From Bacteroidales bacterium UBA1797 (GTDB lineage: Bacteria; Bacteroidota; Bacteroidia; Bacteroidales; VadinHA17): DNA of 64,000 nt. Shown here in pieces: positions 10,992 to 20,603 of this stretch. Position 1 is the stretch's first letter. Every line of letters begins with the position of its first letter. The stretch spans positions 18,658 to 82,657 of the forward strand of contig DCFT01000079.1 of NCBI GenBank assembly GCA_002319885.1. Reading direction: 5' to 3'. The notes under the pieces are model-generated. The model made no database searches and was not told where the DNA came from. It saw nothing but the letters and a program-made list of their open reading frames with translations. The translations under genes were made by a program, and so were the position numbers.

Positions 10992-13900
10992 TTATCTGAA
11001 CTTCTCAAAGTACTTTGATGGAAGTACTCCAAACTCATTTTTAAAATGCTTTCTGAAATATTTAGGATCATTGAATCCAACCTGATAGGCAATCTCAGAT
11101 ACATTAAGCTGACTTTTTTGAAGAAGTTGCGCAGCTCGTTTCAACCTTAGAGTCCTGATAAATTCAAGTGGTGGCTTTCCTGTGAGAGTGAGTATTTTTT
11201 TGTAAAGAAGAGTTCTGCTTATCCCTAAATCACGACTTAACTCCTCAACAGTATAATCTGTTCTTGACATATTTTTTTCAACCATGTCAAGAGTTTTATG
11301 AATAAATTGTTCATCAAGAGAGGTAATATCTATTTCATTAGGCTCTATAATCATTTTAGTGCTGAAGACCTGCTTTAAGCTTCTTCTGACGGTGATAAGG
11401 TTACTTATCTTGGCTTCCAGGATTTGAAAATTAAAAGGTTTAAGAATACAATCATCAGCTCCGGTTTCAAGGCTTTCTGATTGTTCCTCTTCTGTGGATA
11501 GTGCAGTAAGAAGGATGAGAGGAATTTGACAAAGAGTACTATCAGCTTTTACCCTCCGGCATAACTCTATTCCATTAATTCCCGGCATCACGATATCACT
11601 GATAATCAAATCAGGAACTATCTTCTGAATTATTGCCAGAGCCTCATCACCATTAGCAGCCTCATAAACATTATAGTTTTTCTGAAGATTATCCTTGATA
11701 TAAAATCTGAGATCATCATTATCTTCTGCTATAAGCAAGGTCGGTTTTTTCACAGGTGCATTCTTCGATTCAGCTTCCTCCGTCAGCGAAAGAGATTTAT
11801 AAGCATATTCAGAAGCAGTAATTTTTTGAGAACTGGTTGAGGATAAAGTCTTACCATTGCAGGCTACCGGAAGAGTAACCGTGAAGCAACTTCCTTTACC
11901 AGGTTCACTTATTACAGATATCTCACCATCATGCAGTTTGACAAATTCTTTTACTAATGCTAAGCCAATCCCCGATCCCCCGCCTGACATCTCTGATTCA
12001 ACCTGATAAAAACTAATGAAAAGATTATCAATCTTGTCCTTTGGAATTCCAATACCCGAATCCTGAACCTTAATCGTCAGACGTGAAGGTTTACGGACAG
12101 TTCCTGCTGGTTCAATACGGTCAACCGGGTAATCGGTATGAATTGTAACTGATACTTCACCATCAACTGGTGTGAATTTAAATGCATTTGACAGGAGATT
12201 GAACATTATCTTCTCCAGTTTATCCTTGTCAAACAACGTATCAAGCTCATTAATATCAGAATGAAATACCAAACGGGTATGCTTATGCTCCGAGAGATCA
12301 TCAAATGCAGAAACAGCATCTTCAATAAATGCTATAATGTTTCCAGCCGAAGGATTATAGCCAAATCCCTGAATCTCCATTTTCCTCAGATCCAGAAGCT
12401 GATTCACCATAAACAACAGCCTTTTAGCATTCTGAAATATGAGACTTAAATATTTTTCTTCTGGTTTGTTTTTTAATTGAACCATTAATTTTTCCACCGG
12501 AGAAAAGATAAGAGTAAGTGGCGTTCTGAACTCGTGAGAAATGTTTGTAAAGAATTTAAGCTTCATTGAATCAATTGCATGAATATGTTGGGATTCAATG
12601 TATTCATGTTCCATTTGTGTTTTCATCCTCTCCCTAGTCAGTATCAGGTAACGGAGGAAAATGAGTAATGTGGATATCAGAATGAAATAGATAACATAAG
12701 AATACCAGCTGGCCCAGAATGGAGGAAGAACTTTAATTTTAATTGTTTTAGGTGTTTCATTCCAGATGCCATCCGAATTTGTCCCTTTTACTTTAAATGT
12801 ATACAACCCACTCTTTAAATTGGAAAAAGTTGCAAAATTTTCCATCCCTTCAGTGGTGATCCATTTATCATTAAACCCTTCCAGAGTATAGGCATATTTA
12901 TTTTTCCCCGGGAAAAAATAATTTAAGGCTGCAAAGTCAATTGTGAAAGAGTTCTCAAGAAATTTTAAAACGATTTTATCAGTATTGAAAATTGGTTTTT
13001 CAAAAAGTACCCTGCCGTTGACTACTTCCCTATACTTAACTATTTTATTATCAATTCTGAGACTGGTAATAACCATGTTTGAAGAAGAGCTGTCTTCATT
13101 TATTTCCAGAGGATAAAATGCATTAAGACCATCCGGTCCCCCAAACCAAAGCTGACCATCTCTCGTTTCAAATGAAGAAGTCGGGTTAAATTCATTACCC
13201 TGTAAGCCATCACTCATTCCATAATTGACAAATTGAAAGGAAAGAGAATCCTTTCCTTCTGCTTTGCCAATAATCAGTTTGGAAAGTCCTTTTTTAGTGC
13301 TTAGCCAAAGATTCGAATTATTATCTTCCTCAATTCTGAAAACACTGTTTGAAGGTAAACCATCTGCAGTGCTGAAAACCCGAAAATTATCATTAACCTG
13401 ATCCATCAGATTCAGTCCGTTGTTTGTACAGACCCAAAACATGCCTCTGCTATCCTTAAACGTGGAGATAATATGATTGTCACTTATAGAAGTCGGGATT
13501 GCAGAATTGGAGAAATAACATTTTGATCTGTTCTGCACCGGATCATAAAAAATAAGTCCGTTTGCCGAACATATCCAGAGATTATCATTTTCGTCAGTAG
13601 ATATTGAATTAATGTAATCGAAACATATTGGACTATTCTTCGAGTTAATGCGTTTAAATTTCCCGGTCCTCCTATCCAGAAGGTTCAACCCACTTGTCAG
13701 AGTGCCAATCCAAAGGTTCTTATGACTGTCTTCACATATGCTCCATACCCGGTCATCTGAAAGTGTGCTTGAATCAGTATCACTATGATGGAAAACCGAA
13801 ATCTTACCGGTTTTGGGATCCAAACAGTTTAATCCTCCATAATATGTTCCGATCCATATTTTTTTTTCAGAATCCTCAAATAGCGAGACTATGATATTAC

Positions 13901-15203
13901 TGCTCAGGCTGTTATTTTTGCGATTATCCGCGTTATAATGTTCAAACGTGTTTGTTAGTCTGTTATATAAGTTTAGCCCCCCTCCATTTGTTCCTATCCA
14001 GATGTTGCCATTTGAATCTTCTGTTATACAGTCTACATCATTATTACTTAGACTATTAGACTCCGAGGGATAATTCCTGAACAACCTGAATTTTCTGACA
14101 TTGTATTTATAGAAATCAACACCTTTCTTTGATGAACCGATCCAGGTAATCCCTGATCTATCACAGTACAAAGAGGAAAGTCCATTGCTGCACAATGAAC
14201 CTTTTGCATATGGCAGGTTTTTAATATTTATGAACCTGGTACCTTCATTATCAAGTGTGAATACACCATTTCCGTCAGTTGAGATCCAGATCAGTTTGTC
14301 TCTGTCTTCATCTATTCCGGAAATTTGAAGATTCCTGAAAATTTTACCGTATTTTTTCTGGAACTCAGGTTCCCATACGTTATTATTAATGTTAAAAATG
14401 TGCAAACCATTCAATTCACCTACCCACAAGTTGTTTTCCGAATCAACAAATAATTTTGAGATGGTTCCCGACATATTTTTATTTTCTCTGAATGATTCAA
14501 ATTTTTCTATTGAGTTTGAATTCTGATTATATTTTATAATGAAGCCGTTTGTCGTCCCGATCCAGAATGAATGTGTTTTATCCGGAGCAATTGCAGTAAT
14601 ATTATTTAACGGGGAGGAGCATGATTGCTCATTAATTAAGATGTGTCTGAAAGAGTTACTTTGCTGATTGAAAAAGAACAATCCATGATGCGTCCCTATC
14701 ATAATATTACCTTCGGAATCACACGCCATCGCAGTTATATAAGTAATGTCGGAGCAAAGGAGAGGAGATGATGCAACAAGATTTAACCTTTGGAATTTAT
14801 ATGTCTCACAATTAAGTATATTGACTCCCGATCCTGTTCCGATCCACAGATTTCCATTTTTATCACTTGTTATAACATTAATATCATTATCGGAAAGTGA
14901 GCTTGAATCGGCATTATTATGTTGGAAGATTTCAAAATTATATCCGTCAAACCTGTTGAGTCCATTGCTTGTTCCAAACCAGACAAATCCCTTTGGGTCC
15001 CTGTAAATACATTTTATAAAATTATCTGACATCCCGTTATTTACATCGGCATGAGAAAAAACATACTTCCCGTTCTGTGAATGCAGTTGGGGAAAATCAG
15101 AGAAGAACAAAATAGCAAATAACAGAAACGTCTTTTGTATTTTTCTATTCAAAAAGTCCTTTGTTCTCTCTCTGACTCGATAATGTTTAGAAGAACATTT
15201 CAT
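10992..15203 (-). CDS. Hybrid two-component system sensor kinase/response regulator with AraC-type HTH (HTCS)
   Basis: 1403 aa. Periplasmic beta-propeller repeats (NLWIGT/IWIGT recurring), one TM segment, H-box FTNISHEFRTPLTLI, ATPase G-boxes DSGIGIP and GGSGIGLALVKE, receiver domain (LLIAEDNDDLR...ISDIVMPGINGIELC) and a C-terminal AraC HTH (IAYQVGFNDPKYFRKHFKNEFGVLPSKY). Confidence 0.95.
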   Translation of the reverse strand: MKCSSKHYRVRERTKDFLNRKIQKTFLLFAILFFSDFPQLHSQNGKYVFSHADVNNGMSDNFIKCIYRDPKGFVWFGTSNGLNRFDGYNFEIFQHNNADSSSLSDNDINVITSDKNGNLWIGTGSGVNILNCETYKFQRLNLVASSPLLCSDITYITAMACDSEGNIMIGTHHGLFFFNQQSNSFRHILINEQSCSSPLNNITAIAPDKTHSFWIGTTNGFIIKYNQNSNSIEKFESFRENKNMSGTISKLFVDSENNLWVGELNGLHIFNINNNVWEPEFQKKYGKIFRNLQISGIDEDRDKLIWISTDGNGVFTLDNEGTRFINIKNLPYAKGSLCSNGLSSLYCDRSGITWIGSSKKGVDFYKYNVRKFRLFRNYPSESNSLSNNDVDCITEDSNGNIWIGTNGGGLNLYNRLTNTFEHYNADNRKNNSLSSNIIVSLFEDSEKKIWIGTYYGGLNCLDPKTGKISVFHHSDTDSSTLSDDRVWSICEDSHKNLWIGTLTSGLNLLDRRTGKFKRINSKNSPICFDYINSISTDENDNLWICSANGLIFYDPVQNRSKCYFSNSAIPTSISDNHIISTFKDSRGMFWVCTNNGLNLMDQVNDNFRVFSTADGLPSNSVFRIEEDNNSNLWLSTKKGLSKLIIGKAEGKDSLSFQFVNYGMSDGLQGNEFNPTSSFETRDGQLWFGGPDGLNAFYPLEINEDSSSSNMVITSLRIDNKIVKYREVVNGRVLFEKPIFNTDKIVLKFLENSFTIDFAALNYFFPGKNKYAYTLEGFNDKWITTEGMENFATFSNLKSGLYTFKVKGTNSDGIWNETPKTIKIKVLPPFWASWYSYVIYFILISTLLIFLRYLILTRERMKTQMEHEYIESQHIHAIDSMKLKFFTNISHEFRTPLTLIFSPVEKLMVQLKNKPEEKYLSLIFQNAKRLLFMVNQLLDLRKMEIQGFGYNPSAGNIIAFIEDAVSAFDDLSEHKHTRLVFHSDINELDTLFDKDKLEKIMFNLLSNAFKFTPVDGEVSVTIHTDYPVDRIEPAGTVRKPSRLTIKVQDSGIGIPKDKIDNLFISFYQVESEMSGGGSGIGLALVKEFVKLHDGEISVISEPGKGSCFTVTLPVACNGKTLSSTSSQKITASEYAYKSLSLTEEAESKNAPVKKPTLLIAEDNDDLRFYIKDNLQKNYNVYEAANGDEALAIIQKIVPDLIISDIVMPGINGIELCRRVKADSTLCQIPLILLTALSTEEEQSESLETGADDCILKPFNFQILEAKISNLITVRRSLKQVFSTKMIIEPNEIDITSLDEQFIHKTLDMVEKNMSRTDYTVEELSRDLGISRTLLYKKILTLTGKPPLEFIRTLRLKRAAQLLQKSQLNVSEIAYQVGFNDPKYFRKHFKNEFGVLPSKYFEKFR

Positions 15204-15720
15204 TTACAGTAATTATACGACAGGTTCGCGGAAGGATGGAATACGATCCATTTTATATACTAAAAAAAATCAAACTAATCGGATTTTCCAAGAATAATCA
15301 TTAATTTGTTTTAATTCAGTGCACCGAAGATAATTCCAAATAAATTCGTTACAATAACAAATTGATATCTAACTATAAACAAACAATACATACGACCCAG
15401 ATTATTAGCTCTTACATTTAATCTTTAATAAATCCACAATTTTGGCAGGATTTATTTAATTCAGAATGTATGAAAATCCGTACTATTAGGACCATAGAAA
15501 TTTTGGTAGACCTACTTATTATTTTAATAATTTTATACCTTATTTCGAGATTATAGAAACAGATTTACAATCTGCCCTTGCAGCTTCGTATCCAGCTAAG
15601 CGCCAGTTTTACTCATCATGTCAGTGAAGTATTTTTGTAAAAGGTAATAATGAGGTTTAAACAGCCGGAGCCGCAAGTCCGAAAACACATCTTCAGCTCT
15701 AAGCAGAATTATAAGGACAG

Positions 15721-16872
15721 CTAATTAATTATTAAAAACTCTGCTTCAACTTCAACGAGGAGGTTATCGCGGCAAATATCAGACTCAATATAAATTGAAG
15801 GTACTTCAGGGCAATACTTCGTACAAATTGTCCTTACTTTTTTAAAATCCTCCTGGTTTTTCACATAAACTCTGAGTAATAATAATTTGCCCCAATTTTT
15901 GTCGTTAGCAATATCTCGAGCTATTCTTGTACGGTCTGTCAGCTTATTTATATTGTCAAGAGTCACAACAGTTTGTTTTTCAACGTCTTTAATTCCTATA
16001 GTATCCTGACCAATAATAGAAGCTGTCCCAGAAATGAAAAGTGTTGATCTGTTTTGACCTGATACCAATAATGCGCGTTCAAACTGAGGAGGATGTTTAA
16101 CTACACTCCCTTTGCCGGCAGCCCCCTTAAGTACATCCTGTCCGTATTCGTATGCATTTATCTGGTCTGGATTGGCTACAGGTACGATAGCAACAGATTC
16201 TTTTGGCATAAAAGCACAAAAATCAAGACTTACACCGTCAAGTTTCATTCCTATTCCTGTAGCAGCAGGGTAACCTGCTATGGTACGGAATTTCTGATAA
16301 ACCTCACTCCTCACTTCATTAAAAATCTGGTAATTCTGAAATCCATGTTTAATTTCGAGGATATTGCCAATATAATTCCATTGCCTTACCAGATTGTTGA
16401 ATGACATTCCTTCAATGTCAAGGATTGCTTTCATCTGATCAAATGCTGCTTCAGCAGCACTCCTTGTATCGGAATAGAAAAGACCGAATCCAAGACCGCA
16501 AGCCCACAGCTCTTTCCCTAAATCTGAAGAGCAGATGACATATGGTATTGAATTCCAGCTCTTTGACTCAATTATTGCTGAATCAGCTTCTGCATATCCA
16601 GCTTCAACTACAACTTTCCACGGTTTTTCAGGACGATGAGCCGTTATATTAAAAGCCGGACATAGTTTGCCAAAAGCATTTCTGACAGATTTTCCAATAT
16701 CTTTCCTTACTTTTATATATATATCGTAATCAGACTGATCTATAAAGATATTAAGTTTAATTAATCTGAAACCTTTCTCCCATTTATAAATAATTTCTTT
16801 TAGACACTGACGCCACTCTTCATTTATATCACCAACGTATTCCGGTTCAAAAACTAAATATTTAATAATCAT
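15721..16872 (-). CDS. FkbO/Hyg5/XanB2-like chorismatase-fold (RidA/YjgF superfamily) protein
   Basis: The ORF track starts at a TTG (16893); the first ATG is at 16872. The C-terminal half matches my memory of chorismatases: RQWNYIGNILE...YQIFNEVRSEVY, YPAATGIG, FERALLV...TLFISGTASIIGQDTIG..VEKQTVVTLDNI, LLRVYVKNQEDF, ESDICRDNLLVEVEAE. Confidence 0.6.
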   Translation of the reverse strand: MIIKYLVFEPEYVGDINEEWRQCLKEIIYKWEKGFRLIKLNIFIDQSDYDIYIKVRKDIGKSVRNAFGKLCPAFNITAHRPEKPWKVVVEAGYAEADSAIIESKSWNSIPYVICSSDLGKELWACGLGFGLFYSDTRSAAEAAFDQMKAILDIEGMSFNNLVRQWNYIGNILEIKHGFQNYQIFNEVRSEVYQKFRTIAGYPAATGIGMKLDGVSLDFCAFMPKESVAIVPVANPDQINAYEYGQDVLKGAAGKGSVVKHPPQFERALLVSGQNRSTLFISGTASIIGQDTIGIKDVEKQTVVTLDNINKLTDRTRIARDIANDKNWGKLLLLRVYVKNQEDFKKVRTICTKYCPEVPSIYIESDICRDNLLVEVEAEFLIIN

Positions 16873-16890
16873 AAAAAAGAATCTTTTTCG

Positions 16891-16919
16891 CAAATGTATT
16901 AATGTTTTTATAAAAACAT
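16891..16919 (-). promoter_or_regulatory. Candidate own promoter (-7 box TACATTTG) plus an abutting perfect 18-bp palindrome upstream of the FkbO-like gene
   Basis: The reverse strand reads ATGTTTTTATAAAAACAT (16902-16919, a perfect palindrome), then taa, then TACATTTG (16891-16898), about 20 nt before the ATG at 16872. Confidence 0.35.
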
Positions 16920-16956
16920 ATCCGCACTGAAAGATCTCAGTCCAGCCGAGGTAATA

Positions 16957-18546
16957 TCATCTCATCTCATATATTCCAGGTTCTGCAGCATCACCAAGGG
17001 GTACGGAGTTTCCATAAAAATCTCTCAAAGGTTTCGTTAAATTCAGAATAAATTTAAGATCCAGTCCCTTATTTTTAAGTGGGGAATCGGGTTTTAATGT
17101 AAGACCGGCCAGATCAACCAATTCATATGGATCGGTGAGATGAGTAACAATAGGGCCTTTAAATTCAGGATCTTCCTGCATTCCGGCAAAATGACCCTCC
17201 AGCAATTCCTGACCTGTTGCATTAGCCCAATCAGTCAGGTTTTTGAAATCCATGAACCTGCTTTCACCACTGGTGTTCCACCAATCATTTCCAATAAATT
17301 TGCTTCCTTTCATTATTCCCGCGATTGGATGGTCATTTCCCAGAAAGATGTTATTACAGAACATAAAATCAAAATGTGCCGACGATTTTTCAAAACTGAT
17401 TACAGGTGCACTCAAATTAAAAACTACGTTATTATATATCATGCAATTAGTCAATTGATGAACATTGTTTGATCCGTTCCATATAAAGAAACTACCGGCC
17501 CCGGCAGTAGATTGCGCATCATTTATACTTACACAGTAACGTATTGTATTATTTGACCAGGCAGAGGCACCAGCATATTGAAATAGTCCATAACCTGCAC
17601 CCTGGTTTTCGTACGACAGGCAATATTGAATCAACGAATTGGTTACACCTCCATCGAGATCAAATCCTCCGCCATCCTGTGCATCAGGTGATGTTTTGTT
17701 TCTATAACTTATACAATACTGGATTATTACATGATCACTTTCCCAGGTCCAGATTCCAACCGGGCCATTTCCCTTTCGTGGCATATCCCATCCATTGTTG
17801 GTAGCAGTGCAATGATCAATTGTCACACTGTCGGAAACGCCTGCAAGAATCCCGTTACCGCTATGATTGTTCAAGTTTGAAGGGTCTCCCGGATTGTTCT
17901 CAGCTTTACAGTCATGAATCATAATGTTACGTGAATTATTCCTTTCAGAACCCATGACATTTATACCGGAAAACCCGTTATTGGTAGCATTGACTCTTTC
18001 AACTTCAGTTCCAATGCAGTCATAAAGATCAACTCCTGACTTCTGAAAACCTTCTGCTTTTAGATTCTCTATCTTACAGTTACGGGAATGTGCGATAGAC
18101 AAGCCATTGGCTATATTGCCATTCTTCCTGCCGTTACCCTTTATATTCAGATCTTTAATCCATATATTACTACAGTTTTCAATTTTTATCGCTTCGCTGT
18201 TTCCTCCATTTATTATAGCTTTTTCATCACCCGAAGAATAGATTTTTAAGGGATTTGAATTTTCACCCATAACACCACTCAATATTAAGGTGCCATCAAA
18301 AATCTGACCACCGGCGAAACAGATATCGGCAGACTTCCTCTGTAGCCGGAGATTAAGCTCTCTTAACGATTTTACAGGCTGCTTAACAGTTCCGGGGAAA
18401 TTATCATTCCCGATAGTATTATTTATATAATATGTTTTTTCTGAGCCGGATGTACCAGCCATTGACAACTTCGTTTCAGATTTGAAAGATTTACAACTTA
18501 AAACAATTATGAAGGAAATTATCTGAAAAACTATTAATTTTTTCAT
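16957..18546 (-). CDS. Secreted right-handed parallel beta-helix (pectin-lyase-fold) protein; activity unknown
   Basis: The ORF track extends to 18663 and overlaps the upstream gene. I prefer the ATG at 18546 (MKKLIVFQIISFIIVLSC signal). Repeating N-x-x-I/V coils: IKIENCSNIWIKDLNIKGNG, SIAHSRNCKIENLKAEG, IMIHDCKAENN, VTIDHCTATNNG, DGGGFDLDGGVTNSLIQYCLSYENQG. Confidence 0.75.
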   Translation of the reverse strand: MKKLIVFQIISFIIVLSCKSFKSETKLSMAGTSGSEKTYYINNTIGNDNFPGTVKQPVKSLRELNLRLQRKSADICFAGGQIFDGTLILSGVMGENSNPLKIYSSGDEKAIINGGNSEAIKIENCSNIWIKDLNIKGNGRKNGNIANGLSIAHSRNCKIENLKAEGFQKSGVDLYDCIGTEVERVNATNNGFSGINVMGSERNNSRNIMIHDCKAENNPGDPSNLNNHSGNGILAGVSDSVTIDHCTATNNGWDMPRKGNGPVGIWTWESDHVIIQYCISYRNKTSPDAQDGGGFDLDGGVTNSLIQYCLSYENQGAGYGLFQYAGASAWSNNTIRYCVSINDAQSTAGAGSFFIWNGSNNVHQLTNCMIYNNVVFNLSAPVISFEKSSAHFDFMFCNNIFLGNDHPIAGIMKGSKFIGNDWWNTSGESRFMDFKNLTDWANATGQELLEGHFAGMQEDPEFKGPIVTHLTDPYELVDLAGLTLKPDSPLKNKGLDLKFILNLTKPLRDFYGNSVPLGDAAEPGIYEMR

Positions 18547-18605
18547 CTCGTCCCAAAATGATAAGATTTTAAATTCCTTCGTCAGGGATGTGTCAGGTCT
18601 GATAG

Positions 18606-20597
18606 CTAGAATCTGGAAGTCGGCAACCAAACTCTCATTTGTCCTGCACCACGATTGTTCCAAAGAGCATATGGAATTAATTTAACTGTTATTTCTCCTG
18701 AAGCAAAAGAAGATCCGTGACCTTTCTCTACTTTATTATCAGGCGACATCATGTGCATTCCGCTCGTTTCAATCACCTGCGTACCGTCAAGAAGTGAAGG
18801 ATCAAATTCAGTTCTGAAAGAAGCGTCTTTTTTTATGACTAAATCCAGTACATTTCCGGTTGAAGACTCTGGCCATTCGGCACAGTAAATAACCGGTCCT
18901 CTCTGAAATGCTACTTTATCTTTGTCTTCTTTTACTCTTTCGTCAGCAACAACTTTGCGGACAGGCATTGGAAAATTAATTTCTACTTTATCTCCCTGTT
19001 CCCATTTCCTTGAAACAACAGCATATCCATCGGCTAGATTAAGGTCAGACTTATTACCATTAATCATTAAGGATACCTGGGCAGCATCATTATCAGTAAA
19101 TTTATAAAGATCTCCGGGGAATGCTTCGTTCCGGGCCCAACCCGGAATTCTGATTTTCAAAATGAAATTACTTTTTGTTTCGGGATTAATAGTGATTTCA
19201 ACTTTACCGTCCCATGGGAAGTTTGCTTTTTGAGTAACATGTATATTTTTCTTGCCAAGAGTAATGTTTGCATCATCAGATATGAAGAGATTGATATAAA
19301 GCATTTTATCAGTTACAGCATAGATATACCCAGGGATCGCCGGAACAAACCTTGCGACATTTGAAGGGCAGCATGCACATCCGAACCATGCTTGCCGTTG
19401 TTGTTTTCCGTTTGATTCCAGGGGGTTAGGATAGAAAAACCTGTCTGCCGACAATGATACGCCGGCAAGCATTGAGTTGTATAAAGTTTTTTCAAGAATA
19501 TCTATATACTTCGACTGGCCATTCAAAAGAAACATCCTCTGATTAAAAAAGATATCCCCTATTGAAGCGCAAGTTTCGCAGTAAGCAGACATATTTGGTA
19601 GTTCAAAAGAATCAGCAAAACCTTCATTTCCACCATTAGCTCCTATCCCTCCGGTAATATACATTTTCCCATTAACAAGGTCTCCCCATATTTTAGTAAT
19701 AGCATTAAGATAGGCATCATTATTCTCAATTGCAGCAATGTCAGCCATGCCTGAGTACATATATGTTGCTCTTACAGCATGGCCTTCCGCTTCTGTCTGA
19801 TCAACGGGTCGCAGATTTGCCTGGTTGTATACCTGGCCTTTGGGGCCACGAATATCGAGAAAAAACTTTGCAAGATCGAGATATTTCTTCTCTCCTGTAA
19901 CTCTATATAGTTTAACCAGACCCATTTCAATAACCTGGTGACCCGGATATACCTTAATCTTTTCAGTGCCGAAATCTTTATTTACAAGGTCAGCAGATTT
20001 TAATGCAATGTCGAGCAGAGTTCTTTTGCCTGTTGCCTGGTAGTGTGCAACAGCTGCCTCATAAAGATGTCCGAGATTATAAAGTTCGTGGCTTAGCACA
20101 GAATCCATTTCCCACCTGTTTTTTCCTGCCCACTCATGAAGACCTGCTCCATTATGCTTCTCAGCAATTGTGCGGTTGGTATAAAGATAACCGTCGGGTT
20201 CCTGTGCCAACCCAATTTTTTGGATTAGAGTATCGATATACGCTTCCAGTTTCGGATCAGGAAATGTCTGAAGTGAATAGCTTGCACCTTCTATTATCTT
20301 ATAAACATCCGAATCGTCGAAGGGGAAGATGGTTTGAAATTTGCCGGTATCAAGTCCAGCAGCAATTTCAAAATTCTTTACTCTTCCTGTCGATTCGCAA
20401 TAGCCAAAAGCAATCGGAATTGTTACCGATGCATTCTTCTTAATTCTTGGAGCCCAGAAATTATCAGTAAGCTTTACCGAGGTAAATGGAACAGGCTGGA
20501 TAGGATAATCATCTCCTGAAGAAGGCTTTTTTGAACAGCCGGAAATCAGAAAAAATCCGGTGATAAATGCAATGAGTATCTTAAATAGTCTATTCAT
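18606..20597 (-). CDS. DUF1680-family beta-L-arabinofuranosidase (GH127/GH146 clan)
   Basis: 663 aa, lipobox FLISGCSKK. Keeps the family Zn/Cys signature AYCETCASIG ... FGCACCPSNVARF (E-x-C and C-C, the HypBA1-type site). Sits 6 nt downstream of GH51. Confidence 0.88.
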   Translation of the reverse strand: MNRLFKILIAFITGFFLISGCSKKPSSGDDYPIQPVPFTSVKLTDNFWAPRIKKNASVTIPIAFGYCESTGRVKNFEIAAGLDTGKFQTIFPFDDSDVYKIIEGASYSLQTFPDPKLEAYIDTLIQKIGLAQEPDGYLYTNRTIAEKHNGAGLHEWAGKNRWEMDSVLSHELYNLGHLYEAAVAHYQATGKRTLLDIALKSADLVNKDFGTEKIKVYPGHQVIEMGLVKLYRVTGEKKYLDLAKFFLDIRGPKGQVYNQANLRPVDQTEAEGHAVRATYMYSGMADIAAIENNDAYLNAITKIWGDLVNGKMYITGGIGANGGNEGFADSFELPNMSAYCETCASIGDIFFNQRMFLLNGQSKYIDILEKTLYNSMLAGVSLSADRFFYPNPLESNGKQQRQAWFGCACCPSNVARFVPAIPGYIYAVTDKMLYINLFISDDANITLGKKNIHVTQKANFPWDGKVEITINPETKSNFILKIRIPGWARNEAFPGDLYKFTDNDAAQVSLMINGNKSDLNLADGYAVVSRKWEQGDKVEINFPMPVRKVVADERVKEDKDKVAFQRGPVIYCAEWPESSTGNVLDLVIKKDASFRTEFDPSLLDGTQVIETSGMHMMSPDNKVEKGHGSSFASGEITVKLIPYALWNNRGAGQMRVWLPTSRF

Positions 20598-20603
20598 CTT
20601 GTG

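Noticed and set aside
18547-18663. N-terminal extension of the beta-helix ORF. There are analogous extensions at 38689..38778, 50354..50488, 38726..38797, 56768..56827, 58932..58958, 16873..16893 and 61392..61445.
   Set aside because: The extensions overlap neighbouring genes or begin at TTG/GTG. Internal ATGs give canonical signal peptides or family-typical N-termini, so I used the shorter starts.
20003-20443. 146-aa antisense ORF inside the DUF1680 gene. Similar long antisense ORFs occur at 50004..50423, 17140..17472, 20958..21290 and 35290..35616.
   Set aside because: Each is fully embedded opposite a gene with strong family motifs. None has recognisable motifs or its own promoter or spacing. 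They are typical shadow ORFs.
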